DNA from: Aplysia californica
Taxonomy: Eukaryota
Length of the DNA stretch: 64,000 bases
NCBI RefSeq assembly: GCF_000002075.1
Contig: NW_004797331.1
Coordinates: 544,992 to 608,991 of the forward strand
Direction of reading: 5' to 3'
Shown: one piece after another, positions 12,101 through 23,881 of the stretch
How positions within the stretch are numbered: position 1 is the stretch's first letter
How the letters are laid out: every line of letters starts with the position of its first letter
Position numbers and translations under genes: made by a program
The notes under the pieces: model-generated
The model's database searches: none
What the model saw: only the letters and a program-made list of their open reading frames with translations
What the model was told of the DNA's origin: nothing

Positions 12101-15100
12101 CAAAATTTCATAAGCCTGTGCAAGTAGAAAGGGAGATATTGGTAAATTTGTATAGAACACTGAAAGTAACTGTTATAATATAATGGATATTACTCCTTTA
12201 TACAAATAGTTGAAATAATCTAGAGATGGAACATCTTTCTTACTTTTCCATAGGACCTTTTCCATCGGACCAAAGTTAAGTAAGTCGAAAGTCCTGAAAA
12301 ATTCTCAGTCAACTCCAATCCTAAAATGGTGTGTTTGAGACGACAGATATCGTGGTCTTCCACTTTCACAGTTGATTCAAAGCATAATATTAATAGTACC
12401 CAGCTCACTTATACCATCCTTTATAAATCTGTTCTGACTACCCAGTTCCATGTGTCAGATGAAGTAAATACACATGTATCATTCAATGGTGCTATACCAG
12501 CATCTGCAGTCTAGTGGTTAAGTGCTTTGCTGTCACATGCACGAGACTTGAGTTTGATTCACAAGTGGAAGGAAATTTTTGCCAGTATCTCGGTCTTTCT
12601 GCTGGGATGTTGTATCCCTCTCAGCCTGAGTTCACCATGACAGGCAGAGTCGGAGGCCCACCTCCTAAATGATCCAAATTGTGTCGATGGGGGTGTAAAA
12701 ACATCTAAATTAATACTTTTTTTTTTCTAATGGTGATTTGCTATGGGGTAACATAGAAGCGGAACCAATAAATTGGCAAAAAGATATTATTAATCCGAAT
12801 ACAGGAAAAAGAGGCTAAAACAGCACCTGGACATGGATGGCTGGTGCCTCTGTAAATAAATCATTGATGGTCTGGTCTGGTCTGGTGATTTGCTCTATTA
12901 GTGGAACTGGGAGAAAAAGAGTTGTCTCTCTTTATTTTCTAAAACCATTATATCGCTGAGGTTGATCTGTAGGGCCTGGGTATAAATGAAGAGTCAGCAT
13001 GTATCGTAAATTGTGTAAAAGTACTGCGGGCTGGCTTTTGTTGCTAATCATTTAAATCTGTAGTGCTTTTTCACATGATGAAATATTTTCAATAGGCCAG
13101 ATTAAAGTTTAGAACATATTATATAACATCTTCAACATCTGAGTCTGAGCCAGTGCAACTCTGCGATTCTGTATTCTGTTACAGTCGACTCTGCTTGTGT
13201 TGAGCTCGCTTGAGTTGATCTTAGGTTAAGCTGGTCTTTTTGTCAGGTCCTGGCATCTCTTCTTCTTTACAGTTTCCAACGGTTAAGTTGATATTTTGAT
13301 GAGTTTATCTTTTTTTTCACTCCCTCTTTGACATCAACTCATTTGTAGTCGACTGTATTTTATCTCCGCAGGCTGTCCTTAGAGTCTCCGGTCGTAGTGA
13401 TTGGAGATGCCTCTTCCTCGATGTGCGTTGCCATTCGCACCAGCACAATCATTGCCAGCCTCCTCACATCTATCTGCTCGGCAGAGCTCGTCTTTTTCAA
13501 TTCAGAGAACATAGAGGCACCGTTTGTCCCCAAGACTGTTGGAGAGGTATTTCTAAAAATTATGCTAATAAACTTGTACCTTCTTTATGGTAATTCTAAC
13601 TGGAAGCACGTGAATTTGAAACATTCCTTTTCAACCCTTGAAGTGCCTGTGTTTGTGGTGTAGCGGTTAGGCATTTTAGTGTGGCTCACAGGAGACCTGA
13701 GTTCTACTCCCGAGTGGAACGACAAATTTTTATTGAGTATCTCAATCTTTCTGCTGGGATGTTGTATCCTTTTCAGGCCAGGTTGGCCCGAAAAGGCAGA
13801 GTTGAAAGTCCAGGTCCTAAATAATCTATGCATTGATATTACCTGTGCTGCGTTTTCTCAAGTTTCAAAATTCAAGCATGGTTTTATATCTACTCGACAA
13901 TATGCCCTTTCCCGCGGCCCATCCTTAATGAAAGTATTCTTGTAAAAAAGGTAAAAGACCTGCAAAAAGAACACTGTACTGAGGGCTCATGCTCTCCTAG
14001 CCCTGACAAAGAGGTGAAAGTTTACAGCTACACAGCCTAATCCAGCCCATAGAAGTAATGTTTGAAGTGCTGTGTGTGCATGTTTGTGTTTGTCCCACTC
14101 AGATTTAACCGTTATAAATCATGCCGAACTACTTTTAAGGCAACTTTTTCATCACATGAAAATTAATTAGAGAGGAAATTTGGTGGTGACTCGGCTTCAT
14201 CCCCACCTTCAACAAAAATTTAATAAGAACAAAGAGATTGAAAACTAAGGTAACTCTTCTCGTTTGAATGGTTCTCAAAATGCCGTAGCTCACCGTGAGT
14301 ATAGAAAAATCATCACTGTTTCGTTCTTATTGCTTGCTATTTGGTGGTAAAGAACTGGAAGCAACCTAAGCCCCACCCAAATTTTGGTCCACCCACCGCC
14401 ACTATAGCCTTGACAGATAAGATGAAGCAGCCTTCCTCTTAAATTGCGTTGAGGAAGGCCTAAAAATATTCCATCATTTACTATCTCAGGTAAAGAAGTT
14501 GGCCTATAGGATACGTTGCAAGTGCTTTTAAACTACAAATAAAGTTTTTTAAAAAAAGACTTCACAGTTATTATTCTTTAACTTTTGCATTTATTGTTTT
14601 TTTTCCTCAAGATGCTCCGGCTTGCTGTGACCATGAAAGCTTGTGGGTCAACATCCCCAGCTGCCTCTCTTTACCCATACTACGAGGCCAAAAAGAAAGT
14701 GAACACGTTTATCATGGTCACTGACGAGGAGGAGAACACAAATTCTCATGGCTTTTTGTAAGTTTGCTTCAGATTGCAAAATTGTGCTGCAACCCTAGAC
14801 TTGATTGAAGTATAATACCCTAGACTTTGCTTTTTGAGTTTTAGCAAGAGTTTTTTATACAGTGCTTGTAGCACATGGTCATAAAAGTGATGAAGATTTG
14901 AGGTTTTACCAGAGAGTAACACACATACAAAGCAAAGAGGGAAGAGAGATAGGATAATACAGTATAACCTGGATATGTCGAACACAGATTACTCGAAATC
15001 ACGCATCCTTCCAACTGTGCCAGCGGTCCCGTTGTTTCTTCTTCTTTTTATTTTTGTAAGAAAATTACGTGAAGCTCAAGCACAGACTCAGAATTCAAAA

Positions 15101-16960
15101 GAAGGGTAGAACACAAGTCTTGCTAGGGCCAAGCCCACGCAACACCTCCTTGCCGTTCATTCGGCTTCAAATTGAATAAAACAAAGAGTCAGAATTACGT
15201 CACAGTACATTGTTTAGGAAAGTGTTATACAGTGTAAAGCGGATTCAACGAAGTCGCCGAGCCTGACCTTCAATTTTTTTGAATCTGAGGGTTCATTACA
15301 GCAAACATGTGGTTTTTGTGTAGATAATTATAGCCACAGTGTATAACGCTGATATTCGTCTTTTGCTGGCGAAGATAACCTTGACTTCATATCACTAGAG
15401 GGTTGGGATGTGTGCAGAGATAGCTGATCAGGCCTATCTTAGCCCGGAAATATCTGTTGCGGTGGGGGCAGGGGATGTTTGGGGTTGAACTAGACTGTGA
15501 GGTAGGGCTCTCTCGGTCTTTTCTCAACTACCGTCTCCATTCTTTGTTTCTGGTGGCGTTGGTGGCCTAGTGGTTAGGCTACCAGACTCGTAATCGTGAG
15601 ATTACGGGTTTGGGGATTCGAGCCTCAGCTCGGTCCGACGTTGTGTCCTTGAGAAAGGCACTTTACACGAACTTCCCATTTGGCTCTGTCCTATCGGAGA
15701 CGGACGTTAAACTAGGAGGTCCTGCCCCTTAAATAAACTGTTAATCCCATACCATTTTCACCATTTTTTTCTTTGTTTCTGATGCGTCTTTCTTCGAACT
15801 TGGCGACTCCAGATCTTATTAAAGAGCATTGAAACTGTGCAATCACGAGCAGCTTCTTCTCAGGTGGTATGGGGAATGTCACAACTCTTCAGGCATGCTT
15901 TCAGTCAGAGCATCTTTGAAGCTTTTTTTCTGTCCGCCAAGAGAACGTTTGCCTAGAGACATCTTAAAATGTGCTTGAATTTGATTTGAGTGAGGGACAG
16001 TTGAGTTAAGTCATCAGCCTCACTCTTTTGTCCCAGTCCATCTAAATGCTTGTATAAGATTGACAAAGAATTATCATTGTTTATTTGAAGTATTCTGCAC
16101 CCCCATTGACCCAGTTTAGATCATTGGGGATTCATTTGTCAGATTTGAGTAGTGTACAGCATTTCAGCAGACAGATTCAAATACTAGATGGAGACACTTG
16201 ATAGAAAGACTTTTTTACTTAAGAATCGAATGCCTTTGATGTGCTCTGGTGAAGAGCCTAACTGTTTCGACACAGATACTGGTATCAAGAATTTTGCTTA
16301 CGATAAGGTAGCTTAGATAATTGTTTCCAAAAATCAATGCATCGAAGGGATGGTTAGATTAGAAGTGTCTTTAGTATTTTTTTCATGCATGTTACTGCCC
16401 ATCATAACTGAAGACTGAAGCTATTGAATCTGATTTCCTTCCTTGTTGTGTTCATATTAATATTATTAATGTTAATTTAACAATCTCAAACTTATAATGT
16501 TTAAGACTCAAATTCTGTATCGTTTTGTTGGTTTCTCCTCAATTCAAAAATGTTCTTAAATACTGCGTAATTCTCCTTTTTGTGTGAATTTTGATCAATG
16601 TGTAAGAAATATTGCGTGTGTTCTACTTCTTTCAGATTTACGCAACTGTACAAGAAGTATTGCGAGGAAGTGCACCCAGCGTATCTTGTGTTTGTCTCGT
16701 TTCTACGGAGCCAGCACGCTCAAGGTCAGATGATAAAAAGTTTGGAGGCTGAAGGCTTCTCCCCCAAACAGCTCAGACTAGAGGGGTCACGACCTGACCT
16801 GACCAGGCTGGATGACCTTTTCGCCCAAATGTCAGCTGTGACAACGGCTTCTTTCCTGGAGGAGGTGGAGGGTGCGGAGAGCCAGGTGAAAACCGATGGA
16901 CTCAAGACTCTTTACGATGGTATTACAAATGCTGGCATGTTTTCCCAAGATGAAGAGTGA
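4695..16960 (+). CDS. Gene 1: RGG + TROVE/Ro60-like + vWA (MIDAS) protein, 609 aa, 8 coding exons
   Basis: Exons 4695-5010, 7072-7325, 8123-8269, 9712-9935, 11102-11344, 13372-13546, 14612-14757, 16636-16960. All introns are GT-AG with compatible phases; total 1830 nt open. Motifs: VIGDASSSM (DxSxS), GSTSPAASL, FIMVTDEEEN, WKKLADICHLNP. Confidence 0.85.
7072..7325 (+). CDS. Gene 1 coding exon 2
   Basis: acag| ARIRALAMAWARG...IKPP |gtaagt. Confidence 0.9.
8123..8269 (+). CDS. Gene 1 coding exon 3
   Basis: ttccag| IGTASGSVCKQ...WKKLADICHLNPTK |gtgaga; 147 nt, phase 0/0. Confidence 0.9.
8409..9344. mobile_element. pogo/Tigger-like MITE
   Basis: TIRs cagtagtctttgcctaagatccc / gggatcttaggtggagactgctg; TA at the right flank. 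Confidence 0.7.
9712..9935 (+). CDS. Gene 1 coding exon 4
   Basis: ctgtag| DFPSASWFLPHCFG...KLDTVL(W) |gtgagt. Confidence 0.9.
11102..11344 (+). CDS. Gene 1 coding exon 5
   Basis: caacag| YYEDLCCPQVD...EPRLTSI(R) |gtaagc. Confidence 0.9.
12505..12713 (+). mobile_element. tRNA-derived SINE family A, copy 1
   Basis: A-box-like tagtggttaag, degenerate B-box gagtttgattc, body tctttctgctgggatgttgtatcc shared with three other copies. Confidence 0.7.
13182..13355. mobile_element. Tigger-like MITE
   Basis: TA|cagtcgact...agtcgactg|TA. Confidence 0.75.
13372..13546 (+). CDS. Gene 1 coding exon 6 (vWA start, DxSxS)
   Basis: ccgcag| LSLESPVVVIGDASSSM...PKTVGE |gtattt. Confidence 0.9.
13648..13840 (+). 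mobile_element. tRNA-derived SINE family A, copy 2
   Basis: tggtgtagcggttagg A-box, gagttctactccc B-box-like, shared body. Confidence 0.7.
14612..14757 (+). CDS. Gene 1 coding exon 7 (MIDAS T and D)
   Basis: ctcaag| MLRLAVTMKACGSTSPAASL...FIMVTDEEENTNSHGF |gtaagt. Confidence 0.9.
15552..15735 (+). mobile_element. tRNA-derived CORE-like SINE
   Basis: tRNA-like head (tggcctagtggttagg...gattcgagcc) followed by gttgtgtccttgagaaaggcacttta, which resembles the CORE domain. Confidence 0.65.
15740..15960 (-). mobile_element. RTE LINE 3' fragment
   Basis: Minus strand reads GKRSLGGQKKSFKDAL-like, the RTE ORF C-terminal motif. Confidence 0.5.
16636..16960 (+). CDS. Gene 1 terminal coding exon
   Basis: tttcag| FTQLYKKYCEEVHPAYLVFVSFL...RPDLTRLDDLF...QDEE*. 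Confidence 0.9.
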
Positions 16961-17102
16961 ATCAGAGAAAATGCTGGCTTGTTTTTGGCCAGATGAAGAG
17001 GAAATCACAGCTTTTGATTGATGGTTCAAATTACTTGTACCGTGTTTCTTGATCACAACAATGGTGCACCCATAGGATTTTATGACGGAGTTTGAGTTTG
17101 AA

Positions 17103-17585
17103 GTGCCCCTCACGCCGTACAAAGAGAGTGATGGACAGCGTTTACTGCACACCCTACAGTCCACTGATGCATAGATCTAGGTCTCGGTCTAGGGCTGGTC
17201 GGTTAAAAGTTGGAATGTTGGGGGGACTTAAATGTTTCTTTATTGGTCCCTAGAAATGTATCTTTGAGAGAAGCTTTCTGACTGGTGTTCGAGTTTGAGT
17301 GACTGCGTGTAATGTTTAGTTAGATCTAGGCCTGATGCGACATGCGTATATGCCGTAAAACACTAGATAGACAGGCCTCTATAGGATTAAAGACATAAAG
17401 CCAAGTAAGCCTAATCAGCTGCGCTCGAAAAACTTATAACATACTTGTTCAACGTATCATAAGAGAAAATGTTTCTCGAGAATGATTCTGCATGAATTTA
17501 CAGTCGGGGGTGGTCGCTTGGAAAGCCACACGGCTGGTCCGTTGTCTCTATGACAATGACCAAGTTTCCTCTTAGGCTATCTCTT
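17103..17585. repeat. Dispersed repeat, inverted copy of the MITE interior at about 39380-39826
   Basis: About 450-bp reverse-complement match, e.g. gattctgcatgaatttacagtcgggggtggtcgcttggaaagccac. Confidence 0.85.
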
Positions 17586-19261
17586 CCCTACGTTTATAGT
17601 GCATATTCATTGAAATTGTCTTTGTCAGTTTTTGGGCATATGGAGTTATTGGTATAATCTTAAACATTATTCACTGGCCTTGCTTTTGAGTTTAAAAACA
17701 CCCATTTTTCTTGAACAGAAATTGAGATATTTGCGATTGAAGATGGTGAGGTTGCCTGGTTTCAGAGGTAAAATTAGCGAGAAAATGGCTGCCAAAGTTT
17801 GGTGATTTCCATAGTCCTTAGAAACTGAAAATTTACATTTTTTGTACCCCTTAACTCTTTTCCTACCTGGCCAAAATCCACCAGTGGCCCGCGGCTTTTC
17901 CCTCACCTATTTTTACGCCTCTCCCCACCAAAGGAAAAATGTCAAAACATCCAACTACACACACACACAAACCATTGTATGGCCCATCAAACTGAATGTT
18001 ACAAAATAATCTATCAGAATGGTGATACAATATTAAAGTTTTATTTCAATTATATTAGTTTGGGATTTCTAAAAGTGATTATAATGCAATATCGAAGGTG
18101 TCATATAAAATCAACAATTTTCCAGCTTTGAAAGGTCATATAAAAAAAAAAGGACTACAACAGCATCATTCAAACGTCACAGGTAGGATGCCTCAAGTAA
18201 TGCAAAGAAATGCTGACAGATATATGTGTACCTTTATATTATTCTGTCCCCGTGGGTTTATGCACCCCGCATAATTTAGATTCAGCAAAATTTGATCATT
18301 TTTTGCATAATTTCTGATTATTTTCCTTTTTAATTCTTTGTTAAAATTAACAGAATCGCATAATTTCACATTTTTGAGCTCATTTTGCATAATTTCAGAA
18401 TTTTTCTAGCGTAAAACAACGGGGACAGATTATTATAGAAGTGAAAATATGAGACATACACTGAAGTCAGGGGAGCACTTTTCTTTTCATTTTTTCGTTT
18501 CGAAGGGGACAGAAAAAAGTGCTCAAATCACAGAAAATCGTCTTACAATGCTAATATATTTTCTTTATATCCGCTTACAGGAAGTCTATTCTATTATTTC
18601 GAAAACGTGGATCGGCTGAGAATTTCATGTCTTTTCATTACTGGATTGGAATAGATACCGAGCCACATGAGCAGTATTTTGCAGTTCTTGGTCCAACGTT
18701 TTTCAGTAAAATCCACAAATGTGTTTTTAAATGGACATAAAAGGTGTTGAGTCAAAAAATAAATATTCGATGGCAATTGCACAAATGGCAGAAAAATGCT
18801 GATTTCTTTGATTCCATTTTGATGATCGCCTAGTTTCACTATGATGCATCACATATCATCAGCAGATGTGAACAACAATCTCCATGCAGTATTTCCAAAG
18901 TTATGCAGTTTGTATATATTTATATTTACTTAAGATATTATTTTACCTTTACTAATTGTTATATGTTTATGGTTTTATGGTAAATAAAGCATTCACATAT
19001 ATGTAGCATGTGTGTGTGTGTGTGTGTGGTGTGTGTGTGCGTGCATGTGTGAGTATATAAATTTGAGAGGGAGAGACTTATTTGTTCATATATGTAAAAG
19101 AGAGAATAAAAAACAAATATTGTGCATATGACCATGCGTGTCTTTTGCATTTAAGGCAACAAAGAGCCTACAAATAGGCCTGTTAATTACACTTCAGACA
19201 TCGGACTATTTTATTCTTGGCGCATTAGTTGCGACCACGGAAACGAATTACAGATTCTAAA

Positions 19262-19478
19262 AATGTAATTACAGGTGTTTACGCCCCCTCGCCTCCTGGA
19301 TACTGATTAGAATAGTTAGATCATTTGGGAGGCGGGATGCTTCGACCATGCCTATCAGGGCCAACCCGGTCTTAGATGAATACGTCCCAGAGGACAGACC
19401 AATGGACTCGATAAAGAAACCTCCCTTCTCGAGAATCAAATTCGCATCATCAATCAAGTGCCTAATCGTTACACCACA
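19262..19478 (-). mobile_element. tRNA-derived SINE family A, copy 3
   Basis: Reverse complement matches the head (tgtggtgtaacgattaggcac), body and tail of copies 1 and 2. Confidence 0.65.
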
Positions 19479-20511
19479 AAATCTGGTATAAATGGAAGGG
19501 GACACGTCAACGTGAATAATGCAGGCAGTTGAGCAAAGCGCATTAATTAGGGGGTGGGGGAGGGGAGAGAAGCTAGACAATAGACATAAGTAAGTCTATA
19601 ATGGCAGCCACCAAACTTTATTGACAAAGTCCTGAGTATACTCCAAAAACACATCTTCCAAGTTTTTCCAATTTCTTAAAACCCCACATGATGGTATGGA
19701 CGTGATGTATACTAAGAAGATGAAATAGCCAACATGTATTATTATTATTATTACTAAAACAGGCTTTGCAAAGGCCCTTTAATAAATTAATGTTAAACTG
19801 TCAGAACACACTAACCGTTGGCAGGCTTGCCAAGTTTGACAGTGAAGTGATCAACAGGTAATATCTACGATTTTAAAATAAAGCTTTCTAGTTCTTAGAG
19901 TAAGAGTTGTATTCCCGGCACATCTTCTGTAAGTTAGGAGCATTTTAATATAATAGGCAGTGCTCACTGAAGTATCGGTTTGGTTTAGTTTCTGGCGGCT
20001 TCAGTGCACACTAGAATACTATTAATAGATCCCTGCCTCAAACTGATCTCCCGACTTGCGGCCTTAAAACAAACACATTTGTTTTTGAAGGTCACCATTG
20101 GTTTTGTTTGGTTTATGTCTTGATGGTAGCTTTTGCCCCTACTCCAAGGAGAAAAATCAGGCTAGTCCCTACAACCAAACAGAACCGATCCTGACAATGG
20201 GCACCACTTACAGTTTCCAAGAAGGCTGAAACACATCACTTGAAAATGTGTGGAACTGTTCCATCATCTCAGGGAAAGAGTATAGATGTGTGTGTGTGCA
20301 CACAGCATGTGTGAGAGAGAGAGAGAGAGGAGAGGGAGAGAGAGGGAGGGAGGGAGGGAGCCAATTAAAAATTTTTAATTAATAGTTCCTTGGCATTGTT
20401 TTAGCTATACACATCTTGCAACTTTTCTTGCAACTTTTGCTAATTTTTATTGCAACTTTTTGCAACTTTTTCTATTTTCAAATGCAACTTTCTCTGAGGA
20501 CAGTTTAATAA

Positions 20512-20932
20512 CTAGCTGGGTACCCGTTCGAGGAACGAAATCAAAAGAATTGATCGTGAAGTCATTTTTATGCAAGAGAAAAATTAATGATCAATTGAAA
20601 GAGGTATAGATTAATCCTATATTGCACTTTCGTAGCTGAACATTCCAGAATTTCAAAGTTGTGGAATCAGTGCGCACTGCTAGTGAATGGAAGCCTCACT
20701 TGTCTTAGAAGACGGACATTCCCAAGATTAAATCTAAACGAAACTAATGAAAAATTGAAAGTTAAACTAGATCTACAGTGACTTCAGACTCCTTGATATT
20801 CCTTCGAATGATTCTGAATCACCGTTACTTTTTTTCAAATTCGAAAGTTAAATGGACTTTCACAAATGTAATATATAAAATAGATAAACATAGAGCATCA
20901 TCTTACTAGACACGCGACTTTATATTATATAT
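20512..20932 (-). mobile_element. Non-autonomous Helitron
   Basis: Minus-strand 3' end has the hairpin cgttc-ctc-gaacg then ggtacccagCTAG|T; the 5' end is atatataatataaagtc-like. Confidence 0.6.
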
Positions 20933-20977
20933 CATACTTCGGGAAGTACTGTACTGTAACATAGAATGTGCCTCTTG

Positions 20978-21168
20978 TTATTTTACTCCCCCATCAACAG
21001 TTAAAACCATTTAGAAAGTAGGCAGCTTTGACCCTGCCTATCAAGGCCAACCCGAGCTTAGATGAATACAACATCCCAGCAGACATATTTGATAAAAATC
21101 ATTTCCACACAGGAATCAAACTCACATCTTCTGCATGTGATGGCAAGGGGCCTTAGCACTATACCAAA
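20978..21168 (-). mobile_element. tRNA-derived SINE family A, copy 4
   Basis: tacaacatcccagcag is the reverse complement of the shared body. Confidence 0.65.
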
Positions 21169-23881
21169 GAAGCCAATAGGATACAGTATAGGAAAGAGTC
21201 AGAAACTACAGGTTACTGTAGTACACTAGAAATCGGCACGATGACCGGTGTAGTTTGCTGTAAACAGATTAATTAAGATAATAACATAATTACATTCATT
21301 TTAAAAGAAAAATAAGTAAAAGGCACATCTGACAACTTAGCATTCACCATCATTATGATCATATCACAGAATGATGTAGACAGCTTGCTCATTATGAAAA
21401 CAGTGACAAAACCCAGTGCAGATGTGGATAAAAATGTATTTATTGTTCTTGACTGTTGGGGTAACACCCTGTGTGAAAATACCCAACAGCTGCGTGCTTA
21501 AGGCAGGTACAAGACAGCATCAGTCCGTGCAGTGATACAAATATTTATTAAAATAAATAGCCATGTCATGACAAAGTTTGAGTAGACAGAAGCAGATTGA
21601 CAAAATAGACTCATTCAATCATAGAAAGGGGACAAAAAAGATGGATAGACAGAAACGACAGAGGAAAAAAAAGTAGGACCAACAAAAATCGCCTTCCAAC
21701 CACTTGCAGTTCCACGAAAAAAAAAAGAGAAAAGAAAGTCATGTAAGGCTCACTGGACAGTGCTAAAAAGTAAAAAGGCTTCAACCATTAGTTTAGTATA
21801 GGCTCAGAGAAACGCGTTCATACAATAATCAAAATTAACGGTCTTTCGTGTTGGGGAAAAGCAAGACAGACAGGAAGTAACGAATGAGTGAGGTTTTTTT
21901 TAGTAAAGAGAAGCACACTGACACAATAATGATCATTTAAATCTGGGAAAAAGTAAGATAGACAGAAAAAAAAGAGGGAGAGTAGAGAAGTAAGAAAGAA
22001 GCTAATGATATTAGAGGTACTCTCCAACAATCGGCCTGTGCTTACAGCATGAAATAGATGCTTCTACCGACGATGGTGCATATAATTTGTAGAAAGCAAT
22101 AACAAGATTATTAGTAATAATAACAATAATAATACATTTATTTATATAGTGCATATATCCATGCTCTATGGACCTTGGGCTGCCTGCATCTTGAGCTGTT
22201 GATAAGGCTCAGCAATAACAGATGATAGAAGGGAAGAGATACAAATGGAAACACAAAGTGTACAGAACAAGTGAGTCAGAAGATAAAACATACAATGTAT
22301 GTATTTACATAATAGACATGCTGCAAGAAAAACAAAAGGTGATTCCCATTTGTTTCTAAAGTTAATCAAGGACACATTGAAATTGCACCAAGGTGTAGGT
22401 TTTTAGTTTAGTTTTAGTAGAGGATTTACGGCGCTCCCAACTGCATAAGGTCATATGAGTACCAAGGGTGGATGTCAACAGAGAAGTCCTTACAGGGAAT
22501 CAGACTTACTCTGTTCACCTCTCTAGCTTCAACAGCACAAAGTCTGCTTCGACTATCAAGGCACCCCGTAAATAGTGGGTCACAAGAGTGTGACAAACAT
22601 ACAAAAGAAGTAGAGAAAAAATGACAATAGTAAGGATTAGGAAAGAAAAAGCAGCAGCTCCCTGTTGTAGATCAGGCAGTTATGAGCATGACATTGATGA
22701 ATCAGCCCATTTACAATTCTACTATGCATGAACGAGAAATGTCCCCCCTTTGGGAATGGCCTAAAGACAATTCAGTCAGTGGCACTGCCCCGGGGGTTTG
22801 GTGGGGGGGGGGGGGGGAGGGGGGGGGAGGTGTAGGTTTAAAAATGGGTATGAATCATGAACATATGGCGAAAGAAAGTAAGAATGCATTTATTAACAGG
22901 ATCTACTAAACATAATTTGCGACAGGGTATACGTCAAGCTATTTCCAATAAATAGATTACTATGTTACGTACAAAGCAAAGATTAGTTTGATTATTCATA
23001 TGTACAGTGCTGCCCTATTAATACTATAAAAATGCTGTTTATTCACCAAAGTATGTACAGGGGCAAAAACATTTTCCTCAAAAATTGCTTTTACCCAATA
23101 AGGCAACAGACATTCCCTAACTTTCACAGACAATTTTTCAGATAACCAATATGTACTGATATTTGCTACATTTTAATGGGAAAAGCTCAAGCCTTTGAAC
23201 AGTGCCTTTGGCGACTTCCGCGAAATGGTTGTCATTTGTAAATTGATTTAAATTCAAACATGTCATACAGGCCCGATGGTAAAAAAAACAACAACCCCAG
23301 AATCTCCACATTTTTCTGCACTACTATCAAGTAACAGTCTTGGCTAGTATTGGCAAATGAACAATATCGGTGATAAAAAGGTGAACCTCCAAAACTGGTG
23401 ATTATAGATGCCAAATTGAAAAAAAAAGAAAAAAAGAATAGTTGGCAAGGTGCTCTTCAGTAAGAGCCCCTAGGTAGTAGATTATTCGAAATAGGTTGTG
23501 AACAGAATTACATCCGCATAGTAATTCATATAATTATGTTCACAGAGTATATTTTAATGATAAAGAAAAGCAAGACAAAATGACAGACAGAAATAGACAG
23601 AGACCAGAAAAAGGACATCCCATTAAGAGATTAATTTTAATAGGTGTGTAAGACTAAATGCAATTCTTCAAACCAGAGAGACACATAAAATATCATAAGA
23701 GTACAACACACCCAAACTGTTTACACATATGGCACAGAAGTCAGATGTGTTACATCAAGCATCAAGTAATATCATCTTATGTCAAAATGGCAAGGCAAAC
23801 TAACTTCAACATTCTAAAGGGGTATAGTTATGAAGGAACTTTCACTTTTAGGGAACATATTGTTTGTTTTGTTTAGTATAG

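Noticed and set aside
15552-15635. tRNA-like sequence (CGT anticodon loop)
   Set aside because: The acceptor and T stems do not close, and it runs into a CORE-like SINE body, so it is a SINE head rather than a tRNA gene.
22508-22552. Possible small minus-strand exon with a gtaagt donor (similar candidate near 20211)
   Set aside because: It cannot be linked in phase to a gene model and has no recognisable protein similarity.
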